This document shows, piece after piece, positions 40,805 through 53,174 of a DNA stretch of 64,000 bases; position 1 is the first letter of the stretch; the number at the start of each line of letters is the position of its first letter. Source of the stretch: Octopus vulgaris. Lineage: Eukaryota. A program made the position numbers and the translations under genes. The stretch spans positions 45,632,001 through 45,696,000 of the forward strand of contig OX597819.1 of NCBI GenBank assembly GCA_951406725.2. Reading direction: 5' to 3'. The notes beneath the pieces are model-generated. The model ran no database searches. It had not been told where the DNA came from and was given only the letters and a program-made list of their open reading frames with translations.

Positions 40805-41350
40805 AAACGAGATGAGGACAAATATCCGTCCATTGTAAATAATGTAAATAATGAACCACTTTGTTGATATGTGTGTAAACATGTAAGTACGTATGTATAC
40901 GTATGTATATATGCATATATATATATATATGCATACACAAATGTACACATGCATAGAAATTTGTATGTATCGTATTTGGATTTTTCTTTTTAACGTCAGT
41001 ATAAATATAAAATAGCAAATAGCATTTAACATTTTGCTTCATTTAATTTGCTACATGTAGCGGGTGGATGGACGTAATTCATGATGCTATTAATACTAAT
41101 TGCTCATAAAGTACAAAGTAAATTGTTGAACAGTAATATCATTTTACATGATCTATATTCACTCATATATGATATGTGTGCGTAAGGTAAGGTATTTTGG
41201 TGATATATGTATGTATGTGCGTGTATGTGTTTGTGTTTGTGCGTGTGCGTATGCGTATTATATTGTATACTGTAAGGTATTAAATGTGTGCGTGTGCATG
41301 TGTTAGTGTATGTATATATGAATGGATGTTGCAGCATCCATGCAGGAATT

Positions 41351-41749
41351 CTTTTCTACTCTAGACAAAAGTCCCGATATTTTTAGGGTAGGGGACCAGT
41401 TGATTAAATCGACCCCAGTTTTCAACTGGTACTCATTTTATCGATCCCGAAAGTATGAAAGGCAAAGTCGACCTCGGTGAAATTTGAACTCAGAAGGTAA
41501 CGGCAGACGAAATACCTATTTCTTTACTACCCACAAGGGGCTAAACACAGAGAGGACAAACAAGGACAGACAAACGGATTAAGTCGATTATATCGACCCT
41601 AGTGCGTAACTGGTACTTATTTAATCGACCCCGAAAGGATGAAAAGCAAAGTCGAGCTCGGCGGAATTTGAACTCAGAACGTAGCGGCAGACGAAATACC
41701 GCTAAGCATTTTGCCCGGCGTGCTAACGTTTCTGCCAGCTCGCCTCCTT
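41351..41749 (-). mobile_element. Dimeric SINE family B, insertion 1
   Basis: Two monomers joined at aaatagg|tatttcgtc (minus strand), flanked by agcatccat(gc/ac)aggaatt. Confidence 0.92.
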
Positions 41750-41767
41750 AGCATCCATACAGGAATT

Positions 41768-42197
41768 CTTTTCTACTCTACGCACAAGGCCCGAAATCTT
41801 TGGGGAGGCGGCCTGTCGATTAGATCGTTCCAGTACGCAACTGGTATTTAATTCATCGACGCCGAAAGGATGAAAGGCAAAATCGACTTCGGCGAAATTT
41901 GAACTTAGAACATAAAGACAGACGAAATATCGCTAAGTATTTCGCCCGGCGTGCTAACGTTTCTTATTTCCTTACTGCCCACAAGGGGCTAAACACAGAG
42001 AGGACAAACAAGGACAAACAAAAGGATTAAGTTGATTATATCGACTCCAGTGCGTAACTGGTACTTATTTAATCGACTCCGAAATTATGAAAGGCAAAGT
42101 CGAGCTCGGCGGAATTTGAACTCAGAACATAGCTGCAGACGAAATACTGCTAAGCATTTCGTCCGGCGTGCTAACGTATCTGCCATCTCATCACCTT
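41768..42197 (-). mobile_element. Dimeric SINE family B, insertion 2
   Basis: Two monomers joined at aaataag|aaacgttagcacg (minus strand), flanked by the same 18-bp motif. Confidence 0.92.
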
Positions 42198-42857
42198 AGC
42201 ATTCATATAGGAATTGAGAGAATTGAGATTCAGATATGTGTGAAGCGCATTTTATAGATTAAGCGAGAAGTCGTTAATCAGCAGCAGTAGCAAGAACAAC
42301 GGCAGCATCAGCAGCAGCAGCAGCAGCAGCAGCCGTTGATGTTAAGTAGCTTCGACAATTACATTGATTCTTATAATTAACAAGAGAGATAAAGAGAAAC
42401 CATCGTCGCTGTCTCTTACGTGAGATTGACCTTGAAAGGAGTAGTCGGTTTTAATTGAATTAAAGATTTTATATATTCGTATAGAGAAACTGGAAAGCAC
42501 ACTAAAACTGGAATTCAAAACACCGAAAGATTTTTCCAAATGAAATATCATTAATTAGTAAGTCATTTGAAAAAATGTTTGACCATTGACAGCAATTAAT
42601 TGTTCATCTGCGTAATTAACACTAAAATTGTAACTCTTAATTTTATTTTACATTTCGATGCCGATTGAATGAGGATACATCTACGTTATCGCTCGTCCTC
42701 CTAAAAAGTATCTCTCAGATTTCTATTAAATTATGTATTGCTGTCTTTAAAAGATGCACTCATTGGATAAAGTGATCCTAGTTATATTAATCCTGAAAGA
42801 AAGCCGGGATGGCCACGGTTAGTGTGTTTTCTTTTATATTTAATAATTTAGCTCGAT

Positions 42858-43068
42858 AAGGCAGCGAGGTGGCTGAATAGTTAGCACGCCGGGCAAAATG
42901 GCTAGCGGCATTTCGTCCGTCATTGCGTTGAGTTCAAATTCCGCCATGGTCGACTTCGCAATTCATCCTTTCGGGGTCGATAAAATATGTACCAGCTGAA
43001 CACTGGGGTTGATGTAATCGACTTATCCCTCCCTCAAAATTGCGGGCCTTGTGCCCAAATGTGGAACC
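42858..43068 (+). mobile_element. SINE family B monomer with a 16-bp TSD
   Basis: aataatttagctcgat (42842-42857) / aataatttggctcgat (43069-43084). Confidence 0.92.
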
Positions 43069-45369
43069 AATAATTTGGCTCGATCAGCGCTGACTTACTG
43101 CAAGGCAAAAACTTAAACTTCAGGTGTTATTTTCCTACTAGGAGTAATTCACATAATCCTGAGTATCTCTTAAGCCTGCTGCCTCCTCAGTTTTCATTTC
43201 CTTGGAACTCACTGATCACACACGGCTTTCTCTCACGAGATCATCACAAACACCATACTACCACTTCACTCATTCTTTCCTCCATACGACTTCAGTCCTT
43301 TGGATGTTCGTCACTGACCATCTTTTTCGTGATCGCCAACTATACAGATCACGTTGGTAACAGAGGTCCCGCAGTCGTAAATGTAACGCTTTTCTGAAAA
43401 CCAAAATGTCATAAATAAATACACAAAAATACTAAACTAGTCGGAAATTGTTGCTTCTAGAAGAGCACAATCATTTCCAGAATTAGAAGTCGCTCTTAAG
43501 TATTTAACGTAAGGTAAAAAAAAAAAAACCTTCAAGCTTTGAGCCCTTTATGATTTATGAAAGTAATACATTTTAACGATCGCAGAAGAAATCCTCAATG
43601 CTGAAGCTGTAAACTGCCAGTATTTAAAACGTAATATGAAAGCAATGTGAATAGCAGAAATCTTATGTACTAAGCAGACCAAATACATTATATAATGGTT
43701 ATGTTTTTTTTACGATCTTAGTTCAAATTCTTCGAGTGAAAGTGATTTTGAATATCTTCTTCCTGCGATCGACTAAACTAGTACCAATAATATGCAAAAC
43801 TTTCTCCACGAGACTGCAATGTCTCTTTGCTCTAAATTTCTTGCTTATCTCTTCAAACAACCATTTTATTTCATGAATATCGTTCATAGCCATCGGAAAG
43901 GTATATATTTCAAGGTTTCCTATAAATTCTTCATTAACATTAAATTTAGTTTAAAACCACATACCTCAGGCAATAGCAGTTAAAACTTTCTAAGCGCTTA
44001 AGTTATAGTTCTGGCCAAAGTTAGTCCTCATTGAACAGACTTCGAAGCTATGGAGTCTCAACCATGACCACGACGTCTTGTTTTCTCCAGACATAGTGTT
44101 TTAAAGACTCTATCATTCAATGTGTACTTTCTATTTAAGCCATCTGAACCTTGGATGCATTTAGCAGACTCCACTCAATTATTCCTACTTGACATGGAAT
44201 CTCTCGAAAAGGAAACGAACACTATCGTTACTCTTCTGAGTCATGTAACAGAAAAGTCAACAGAGTAGACTGTTATTTCAGATAGATTTGGTTAATATTT
44301 CCAATTGGTCGAGCAACTGCATAGGTAATAGGTAATAGGTATGTGAGTAGACATGATGGTATTTCGTCTCATATCAAAAACACTGCGATTTATCGAAAAC
44401 AGTCCTATCAACTCCAAATCGCATTACAACTGCAAGTAGACTTCACCCTTTAACAATGATTTCTAGCATTGGCACAGGAGCCACGCGATTTGGAGGAGAG
44501 TATAGTCAATGAAATCGATCCCAGTACATTGAGTGAATGATACACAACTTCATCCCCAAAGGGAGAAATCGGAGGGTCGACATCAACTTACTTTCTTTAT
44601 AATATTATTTTCTAATATAGACACATGTCATCAAATTTAGAGAAGTATGAATACTCAATTATATGGACCCGTGAATTCACAGTTGTTTATTCTATTTTAT
44701 CAATCCAGTTTTTTATTTTATTGTATCGACCCCAGAAGTTGACTTTGGGAGTTGGGGAGTTAAACTCAGCTCGTAACGAAAAAAATTAAAATAAATATTA
44801 CAAATTATTTTGTCCGACGCACAAATGCTTCTACCAATATAAATCTTGACAAGTATTTTATTATCTTGTAGGATTGTGTAGCTCTTAAGGGAGATGTGTT
44901 TTACTCGTTTTGAAACTTCCATTTTCATATTGCGTATCGCATGGTCATACAATTTGAAGATGGAAGCTTCTGTTTTCTCCAGATCAGCCAATGCTTCTCC
45001 TGCCAAATCTAAAACTCGCTGTATTCAGTACAGAATCAAATCAGTTTAATAGACAATATTATCAGGAAACCTGTAAAAATTGGCATAGTGACGAGTCAAA
45101 AGAAATAAATATGTATGGCATTCCGAGCAATAATAGCCATTCATTTCGAATATTTTATCGCAGCGAAGAACAAAGATTAGTATTAAACAACACTAACAAC
45201 AAATAAAATAAGTCATAAACAGCAATTTGTCACTAGTTTGTTTCAGAAAACTACTTTCTATGTTCTTTCTCTCAGTTCTTCTCTCTCACGCTTTCTCTCT
45301 TATTGTTTCACTTTCACTTTCGGTTATATTTTTATTTAGTCTTTCTGCCACGATCTCTTTCTTTCACTT

Positions 45370-45530
<161 letters not shown>

Positions 45531-46659
45531 CAAGCTACGTAACTGTTTATCTGCCTGTCTTTTTTCTTCTGTCTTTATTATTTTGTATATTTTTCATCTC
45601 TGGAAACTATTTCTGTTTCTCTCTTCCTCATCGTTGTCGTTATTGACTTGTCGTTAATATGTCGTCTCTTCAATTCCTTATCCCTCCCCCTCCTCCTCTA
45701 CTCTTCTCATTCTTCCCGCCTCTTCCTATCCCTCTCTCAAGAGTGTCGTAATTATTTTAACGATTCGAATCCAAGTGAATTTAGTCTTAAACGAATGCGA
45801 TAATAGATTGTTTAAGTGTTTATGTTGTTTTTGTTTTTATTCTAAAATTCATTATTATTTTGTTATATTCGAGATAGCATCCAATTAACTATATTTCAAA
45901 CTGCCTAGCCTAGATCTCCTTCAACTAATTAGATCTCACTTACCCAGTTAACCAGATGTCCTTCCAGCCGATAAGTTGTCATTAAACAGCCAGAGCTCAC
46001 TCAAGACACCAAATCTCTCTCAAGATATCACTCAATCAGATTTTAAAACCGCTAAAATTTCCCCACCGCCCCTATCCCCACATGTACTTTACTATATATC
46101 CAAATTTTATACAACGAGATTCACGTGGAACTCACAAACTAAATCGCAGCCAATTAGATTCTTATCCTAGTCGTAAATGAAAGATCAATCAATGTGCTTC
46201 TCATTCAACTTCCAAATCTGATCACCCCACCACCGAACCAAATGAGGGAGTCATGTCGTAGTCGCGCAATGTCGTAGAAATATCAACCAAAATTTCCCTC
46301 ATATACTATAGCTTATTGTGTTGAAAATGTAAGGTTACATTGGATAATATGGTCTTAAATATACTATGTCATATATTCGATAATATAATGTTATATAATA
46401 CACCATGTCCTGTATTGGAAAAACAAAACAGTTATGTATACACTATGTCTTAATATAAGAGGGATTATCAAGGATAGAATTTGTTTGAGTAAAGATTGTT
46501 TATGGTTAAAGCTGACATAAGGTTTCCTCAAAACAACCTTGACTCACCAAACGCATTTCAATCGAAAACAGAAACGAAATTGACAGTCCAGAATCTGACA
46601 CTGGCAAAAATCAAATAAGATTTCAACCAATCACCAAGCCATTTCATACTTTTGTGAAT

Positions 46660-47015
46660 GCACGCACTGCTGAATGGTTAAAAACAGTTCGTTCCATACT
46701 GATGCAGTCCCGAATTCAATCCTGGTTCGTGGAGAACTTGGGAAAGTGTCTTTGTTATAGTCTCAGGGTGACTCCAGCGTTGTTAGTGAAACTAGGTTGT
46801 CAGAAACTGTAGCAAACCAATGACCCCGTCGGATGGACTGTGCTGGTTATCGAGTAGCCCAGCTGTGTCTCACGGATTCGACATCAATATTACTTTAAGG
46901 AGAAAGGCAGCTAGTAGATAAAACGTATAATATGCTGGACAAAATGCTTAGTAGCATTTCGTACGTCTATACGTATTTGTTCAAATTCCGCCGAGATCGA
47001 CTTCACCTTTATACT
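46660..47015 (+). mobile_element. Degenerate family A-like SINE followed by a family B head
   Basis: ttcaatcc..cttgggaaagtgtc..gaaactg, then aaaatgcttagtagcatttcgt..ttcaaattccgccgagatcgac. Confidence 0.55.
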
Positions 47016-47619
47016 CATTAATGTTCATTTTATACATCTATAGAATGATAACTATAAGATAAAGGAAAGGGATTCAAAAAAGCTTCATTCTGAGAAGGAA
47101 GAATTTGGTTAGTGTTTATTACAAGAACGAACCGGGAAGTGCGACACAGTGAAAATGACAGTAGGAAAAGAGAGAGAAGCATTAAAGAGGCATGGAGGAA
47201 AAGAGCAAGCAGTTAGATATTCAGAGGAGAATAAGTCAATGAAGGACCTAGAGATGCAGCTGAAAGGAGAAAGAGTGCATCCAACCTTTGTTTATCAGTC
47301 GAACTTTATTATCTAAAGATTAAAATACTAGCACATATGAATTTGTAAGAGCCCTATGAAGAACTAAAATGCTAAACAATCCTAAATTAATGAAGACATT
47401 CTCATAAGTAAGATGCGCCTTCTCCTACACCACCATTGGCAAAAATCAAAAACGTGAACTTAATGATGTCTCGGGTTACAAAGAGCAAAATTCGGTTTCT
47501 TGTGCACACTTTGTCTCTTTAATCTCAGAAAATACACATACAGAAACTCATGTATACACATGCACACACACATACACACATACACATATCTGTATATATA
47601 CACAAATATTTATACATTC

Positions 47620-47709
<90 letters not shown>

Positions 47710-48446
47710 TTATGTATGTATGTATTTATGTATGTATGTATACGTGTGTGTGTGTGTGAGTGTAAATATGTGTGTGCGTATATAGAGTGTGAGAGAGAGA
47801 CAGACAGAAACAAAGTGAGAGAGAGAGAGAGATGGAGAATGAAAGTGAGAGATAGAGAGTGAGTGAAAGGAACCCTAGGAAGAAAAATAGGAGTACTGAA
47901 TTCGAAAAGTAAAGTGATATAATTTATTGTAAGCTGAATTTCTATTCATCATTATTCTAAAATTCTCGTAGCCTCTATAGGGAGTTTATAAAAAATTATG
48001 TCACAAAATTTGTTATATAGTGAATGTACAGAAAATAATTGAAAATCATAGCGAATGCTGGTTAGTTGACCTGTAATAGCAAAAGATTGGTATCGGTTAA
48101 TGTTGTCTCAGTCATTTCATAGATAAACCTTTGAAATTTAGTGTGACGAGGATAAGCGATAAAGTTAATACAAGAAACAAGGACGTCGACGTTAAAACTA
48201 TACACTGGTTTATACCATAGAATATTTATTGGTGTATTTTGTCGCATGTGCATACTGTACACCTGTAAGTGGAACAGCAGAGTTAAAAAATATGAATTAA
48301 AAAATACAATTTCTTTCTCATCTTCATTTTTAAGAATACGTAACTAGTAGTTGTTATTTATTTTCTAAGCATTATATGCTAAGCATTTTACGTGCCTTCA
48401 ATTCCTATGTAATACACACACATACATACATACAAATATGCATACA

Positions 48447-48524
<78 letters not shown>

Positions 48525-48584
48525 TATATATATACATATATACATATATATATACACACATATATATATATGCGTGTATATATA

Positions 48585-48641
<57 letters not shown>

Positions 48642-48963
48642 TTATATATATACATATATATATACACATATATATATGTGTGTGTAAGTATGTATGTATG
48701 TATATGTGGTGTATAATAAAAAACATATTTTCCAACGGAAGTGGATATCAAAAGGGGAGATTTTGTGGTGGTAGAGAGCAACACCACTGTGCGATTTAAA
48801 ATGGACTCATGGAACTCTCAGAAACGAGTGTCGTGCATCGTTGCGAGGTCCGATAGCATTTGGAATCACAAGTAGAGTAGTCGTTGTGCATCGTGTGAAT
48901 ACATTTTTTTTTCCGCCCGCTCCGTTAAATAATACATCCCAAAACTAGGATTAAAAGTATGTA

Positions 48964-49016
<53 letters not shown>

Positions 49017-49108
49017 TCCGTTAAGTCTTCGTCTAGCTTCCCGTTTGCTCTACTTTTGTCTGACTTTTTCTCTTTATTTTGTTCTGTCTGTTAAACCCAT
49101 GATAGATA

Positions 49109-49147
<39 letters not shown>

Positions 49148-49218
49148 TATCAATAATAATAAAAGGATAAGATTAAATCATCAATCAATTAATTAATTAA
49201 TAATTAATAATTTTAATT

Positions 49219-49631
49219 AGGCGCAGGAGTGGCTGTGTGGTAAGTAGCTTGTTTACCAACCACATTGTTCCGGGTTCAGTCCCACTGCGTGGCACCTTGG
49301 ACAAGTATCTTCTACTATAGCCTCGGGCCGACCAAAGCCTTGTGAGTGGATTTGGTTGACGGAAACTGAAAGAAGCCCGTCGTATATATGTATATATATG
49401 TGCGTGTGTGTGTTTGTGTGTCTGTATTTGTCCCCCTAGCATTGCTTGACAACCGATGCTGGTGTGTTTATGTCCCCGTTACTTAGCGGTTCGGTAAAAG
49501 AGACCGATAAAATAAGTACTGGGCTTACAAAAGAATAAGTCCCGGGGTCGAGGTGCTCGATTAAAGGCGGTGCTCAAGCATGGCCGCAGTCAAATTACTG
49601 AAATAAGTAAAAGAGTAAAAGAGTAAAGAGT
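49219..49631 (+). mobile_element. Full-length, well-preserved SINE family A
   Basis: tRNA-like head tggctgtgtggtaag..gggttcagtccc, CORE-like ggcaccttggacaagt, internal TA/TG tract and a (taaaagag)n tail. Confidence 0.93.
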
Positions 49632-49659
49632 TACCATGTATTTCGGTACCTTACAATAA

Positions 49660-50272
49660 CCTTTTTAGGTAAAATTATACAAATATTCTATAATTATAAA
49701 CATAATTATAATCACCGGTCAACTAATTGCTTCGCCACGCACCGAATTTAGAAATAGGAATTAAAATGCATTTTCTCCTACCATAAAGATCTCCCAGACA
49801 GTAACGCGCTTTTTTACGTAGGCAAAAAGAAGAAATAACGAATCCACACGACTCAGATTAGCTACATACGCGTTTCGGGTTAGAAGTAAAGTTATATTTA
49901 CTTAATTACTTCTCATCTTCAGTGCAGCATTTCGAGATATAAATTTGAGAGTGTTAGGATTAAATATGTACGCGATCAAGCGTTATGGCATAACCAATAT
50001 CCAACCAACACTGCCAAAAAATATACAGACGATTGAGAACGCGTATTTATCCTCAATACCCACGTGTCTGTTACGAGTAATCCCGCAGAATTTGTAGTTC
50101 TCGATCATGGAGTAAATTATATTCAATAATAATAATAATAAAGTGTTTTACTGTCTGAGAGATCTTTATGGTAGCAGAAATGGCATTTTGACTCCTATTT
50201 CTAAATTTTGTGCAAGGCGAAGCAATTAGCTGACCCCTGATTATGATTATGTTGATAATTATAGAATATTTG
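49660..50272. mobile_element. Inverted-repeat element, probably derived from a Penelope-like retroelement
   Basis: Arms 49660-49804 and 50148-50272 are reverse complements. The spacer carries a hammerhead motif. Confidence 0.7.
49861..49928 (-). ncRNA. Type I minimal hammerhead ribozyme motif with an intact core
   Basis: GCUGCA-CUGAAGA-U-G-AGAAGUAA..UUACUUCU-AACC-C-GAA-ACGCGU-A-UGUAGC. It has a 6-bp stem I, palindromic stem III ACGCGU and a GUA cleavage triplet. Confidence 0.7.
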
Positions 50273-50273
50273 C

Positions 50274-50316
<43 letters not shown>

Positions 50317-50739
50317 TAAATATGTGTATTATGTATGTATGTATGTATATATACACGAAGACAAGGTGTAAAAACGCAGGCATAGCGAATTAGGTTGATG
50401 CCCAGGAAAAGTCTTTCGAGCCAACTCACTTCAGCAGAAACAGCAGACGAAAAGAGACAAGTAGAGAGAGAAAATAATAAACGTGTCTGAATGGCGCATC
50501 CCTCAACGGTGCAGTTTGAAATGATCAGTAGAGGAAGAGATTGCTTGAGGTGTGAATGGCAAGGGAAGCGGCCAACTGTCGGAGTTCACTTCCGGCTCGC
50601 ATGAATTCTTTCGTTATATTTGTAACATTAATTGCCAAACGTCTTCCTTTCAAAGAGTAATTCATTGTTAACTGAATATACACCCTGCCAGGCATCTAAA
50701 GGTAATACTGGGAAACGTTCAGTAGGACTCCTTGCAACG

Positions 50740-50905
50740 CGCAAGCGTGATTATATGGTAAGAAGCTTACTTCCCAACCACATGGTTCCGGGTTCAGTCC
50801 CACTGCGTGGCACCTTAGGCAAATATCTTTCACTATAGCTTCGGGTTCACCCAAAGTCTTGTGAGTGGATTTGGTAAACAGAATCTGTAAGCAGCACGTC
50901 GCGCA
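50740..50905 (+). mobile_element. SINE family A head and core
   Basis: ggtaagaagcttacttcccaaccacatggttccgggttcagtcccactgcgtggcacc. Confidence 0.88.
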
Positions 50906-51374
50906 TATATTTTTTTTTTTAGCAACAACCCCTCCCGACATTACCTAAACATTTGTTGTCTTCCTAATAATTCATTTTAGATTTATAGATATAGCAATAT
51001 GCTGAACTGAAATACCTTGATATAAATAAAACTAATTATAAATGGTGTTTAGAAAAGTAAAATGAATGATGTGATATAACAGATTGTAGACAATGGTTCA
51101 TTGTATCAATTTTAATACATTTCTCTCATTTCTTTGTTGATCACCTTTCGTAAGACTGCATTTACATTTAATCTTTCCAGTATTCATTAATAAAATATCT
51201 ATGGAGTTCTAGGTGGATGCAGTTTGAGTAACACTGTAACAAACTTTAGTTTTGTGACTTACATAATATACTTCCGTAATACGTTCTAGTTATTACGATG
51301 TTGGGTGTTTCTGTTTTTCATTTACACAGTAAATATTTCACTGTGTTTATGTATGTATATATACATAAACGCTT

Positions 51375-51545
51375 GGTGGTATTTCGTCTGCATTGATGAT
51401 CTGGGTTCAGATTCTGCCGAAATTGACTTTACCTTTCATCGTTTTGGGATCAACAAATTTAGTACCAGTGAAAAACTGGAGTCGATGTAATCGACTTATC
51501 CCCATCCTCAAAATGGCCGCCCTTGTGACAAAATTTGAAACCATT
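51375..51545 (+). mobile_element. 5'-truncated SINE family B
   Basis: gtatttcgtctg..cctttcatcgttttggg..agtaccagtg..gtcgatgtaatcgactt. Confidence 0.82.
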
Positions 51546-52429
51546 AGTATTATGATTCGAGACATGTTAAAAAACTATTTTTAATTTTATTTCCTAAGTC
51601 AAAATTTTCCATTAAAGGGAAGTGAGTAGATATGTAGTTTAAACTTTTACAATACAAGAAAAGCAGTAAAACTTTATTTTAGTTTTATTGTTAATCTAAT
51701 CATATGCATTTGAATTATCTTGGACTCAACATTTACTGAAACAGACATTAAATTTATTACTTATTCTAAATAATATTTAGGGTTCAACACCTTCATGAAT
51801 TTCTTTTATTATTATGCCAGATTTGAAAGTAATTATTCGTAACTGTTGGTTCCTTGAGGAAATTGGTCCACATATTCATATAAATAATTAATATTTAAGA
51901 ATTGAAGCTTCCCCATTTTAAAAAAATGTATAGTTATATCCATCCTCTAATTTTATACTAGTTTTTGCGATAATATGCAAAAGACCAATAAGTTAGATTT
52001 ATTTATATACTGTATTTACGATATTGTGTTAGTCTTCGGTGTTTCGTAACATACTACTACAAGGATTCCTACATACAACTGCTGATTCTCATTCATGCCA
52101 GTAAGCAATTATTAACTTGCCTTCCATATTCTCAGTCTGGTAATTAGGTAAATCCTCTTGTTACTAATTGTAACATAGTTGAAGCTGGTCTCTTACTAAA
52201 CAACTAGTTCATATTATTAGATACAGTAATGCTTGCATTTACATAACTATAACTTACAGAGTTGCTTTTTCCCCCTCACTTTCATCTCTCTCTTCAGTAG
52301 TGAATTAACAATAATAAAACATGGATATATAATTCGCACTAAAGAGAAACAAACAGTTCAAGAATGAAATCGTGCCAAAAATCAACTTAGCATGTGTGTC
52401 TATGGGTCACTTTCCCACTACAGTTTCAC

Positions 52430-52620
52430 AACAGGTGTTGGTGTGTTTACGTTCCCGTAATCTAGCCGTTCGGCGAAAAAGATCAGTAGAATAAGTACCG
52501 AGGTTAAGACAAAAATTTAGTACTGGGGTCGGTTATTTGGATTAAATATTCTTCAGTGTGGTGCCACAGCATGGCCGCAGTCTAATGACTGAAACAAGTG
52601 AAACATAAACGATAAAATAT
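52430..52620 (+). mobile_element. SINE family A tail
   Basis: tggtgtgtttacg..gaataagtac..cagcatggccgcagtctaatgactgaaacaagt. Confidence 0.8.
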
Positions 52621-52702
52621 AACGAAAAGTTTAGTGAGAAGCGACATGGGATTCAGTTTGGTTTTAGACACATGTGAAGCACAGTGAATGCCACTTTTAT
52701 AG

Positions 52703-53165
52703 TTTTTTTTTCTTTTTCTTTTAAGGCATTCACTCGTTACATGGTCTTCAGACCACTGAAAATGTAACAGCTACTAGTATAAAATGGATGCTAGACAGAA
52801 GTAGATAGGTAGCGATATACATTAGACTTAAAAGACGGGAAGTCATGTTGAAGAGGAAAACAAAACTGTGGAAGGGAATTCGAAAGTTCAGAGGTGCAAG
52901 TGAAGAAACTGGTACTGTAAAGTGCTTTACGACACTTAGGAGGTTGCACAGTATACTGTTGAGGATTGGATGCAAGTCTAGTTGATTGCTGATAAGTTCT
53001 TAAAAGGAGGAACCAGAGAAGGGGGCTCAGCTGAACAATATCCATGAAAATACTTATAGAAAAGAGACAAGGAAGCCACATGATGAAGATGAGAGAGGGA
53101 ATCCAGTTTAGAAGATAGATCAGGACCAATAGCATTACAAATATGGCGTCGAATGTGGTCCAACA
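52703..53165 (-). mobile_element. CR1/L2/Jockey-group LINE 3' end with an A-rich tail
   Basis: SLSHLHHVASLSLFYKYFHGYCS..SFFTCTSELSNSLPQFCFPLQHDFPSFKSNVYRYL. A poly-T run lies on the plus strand at about 52703-52722. Confidence 0.82.
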
Positions 53166-53174
53166 GAATTAAAC

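Larger units (their letters stand above)
40362..40853. mobile_element. Head-to-head dimer of a tRNA-headed SINE (family E) with a hammerhead-bearing tail
   Basis: Left copy on the minus strand at 40362-40620, right copy on the plus strand at 40621-40853. B box gagttcgattcc. Identical flanks aaccactttgtt at 40350-40361 and 40854-40865. Confidence 0.85.

Noticed and set aside
41333-42215. Regularly recurring repeats suggesting a CRISPR-like array
   Set aside because: The intervening sequences are homologous SINE monomers, the context is eukaryotic, and there are no cas genes.
47040-47290. Further CR1-like LINE C-terminal remnants (minus strand here, plus strand at about 43160-43330)
   Set aside because: Plausible but too degraded to delimit or support.
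52682-52735. gtgaatgcc and taaggca resembling miR-124
   Set aside because: The mature sequence is not contiguous, and the second part is the end of a minus-strand LINE.
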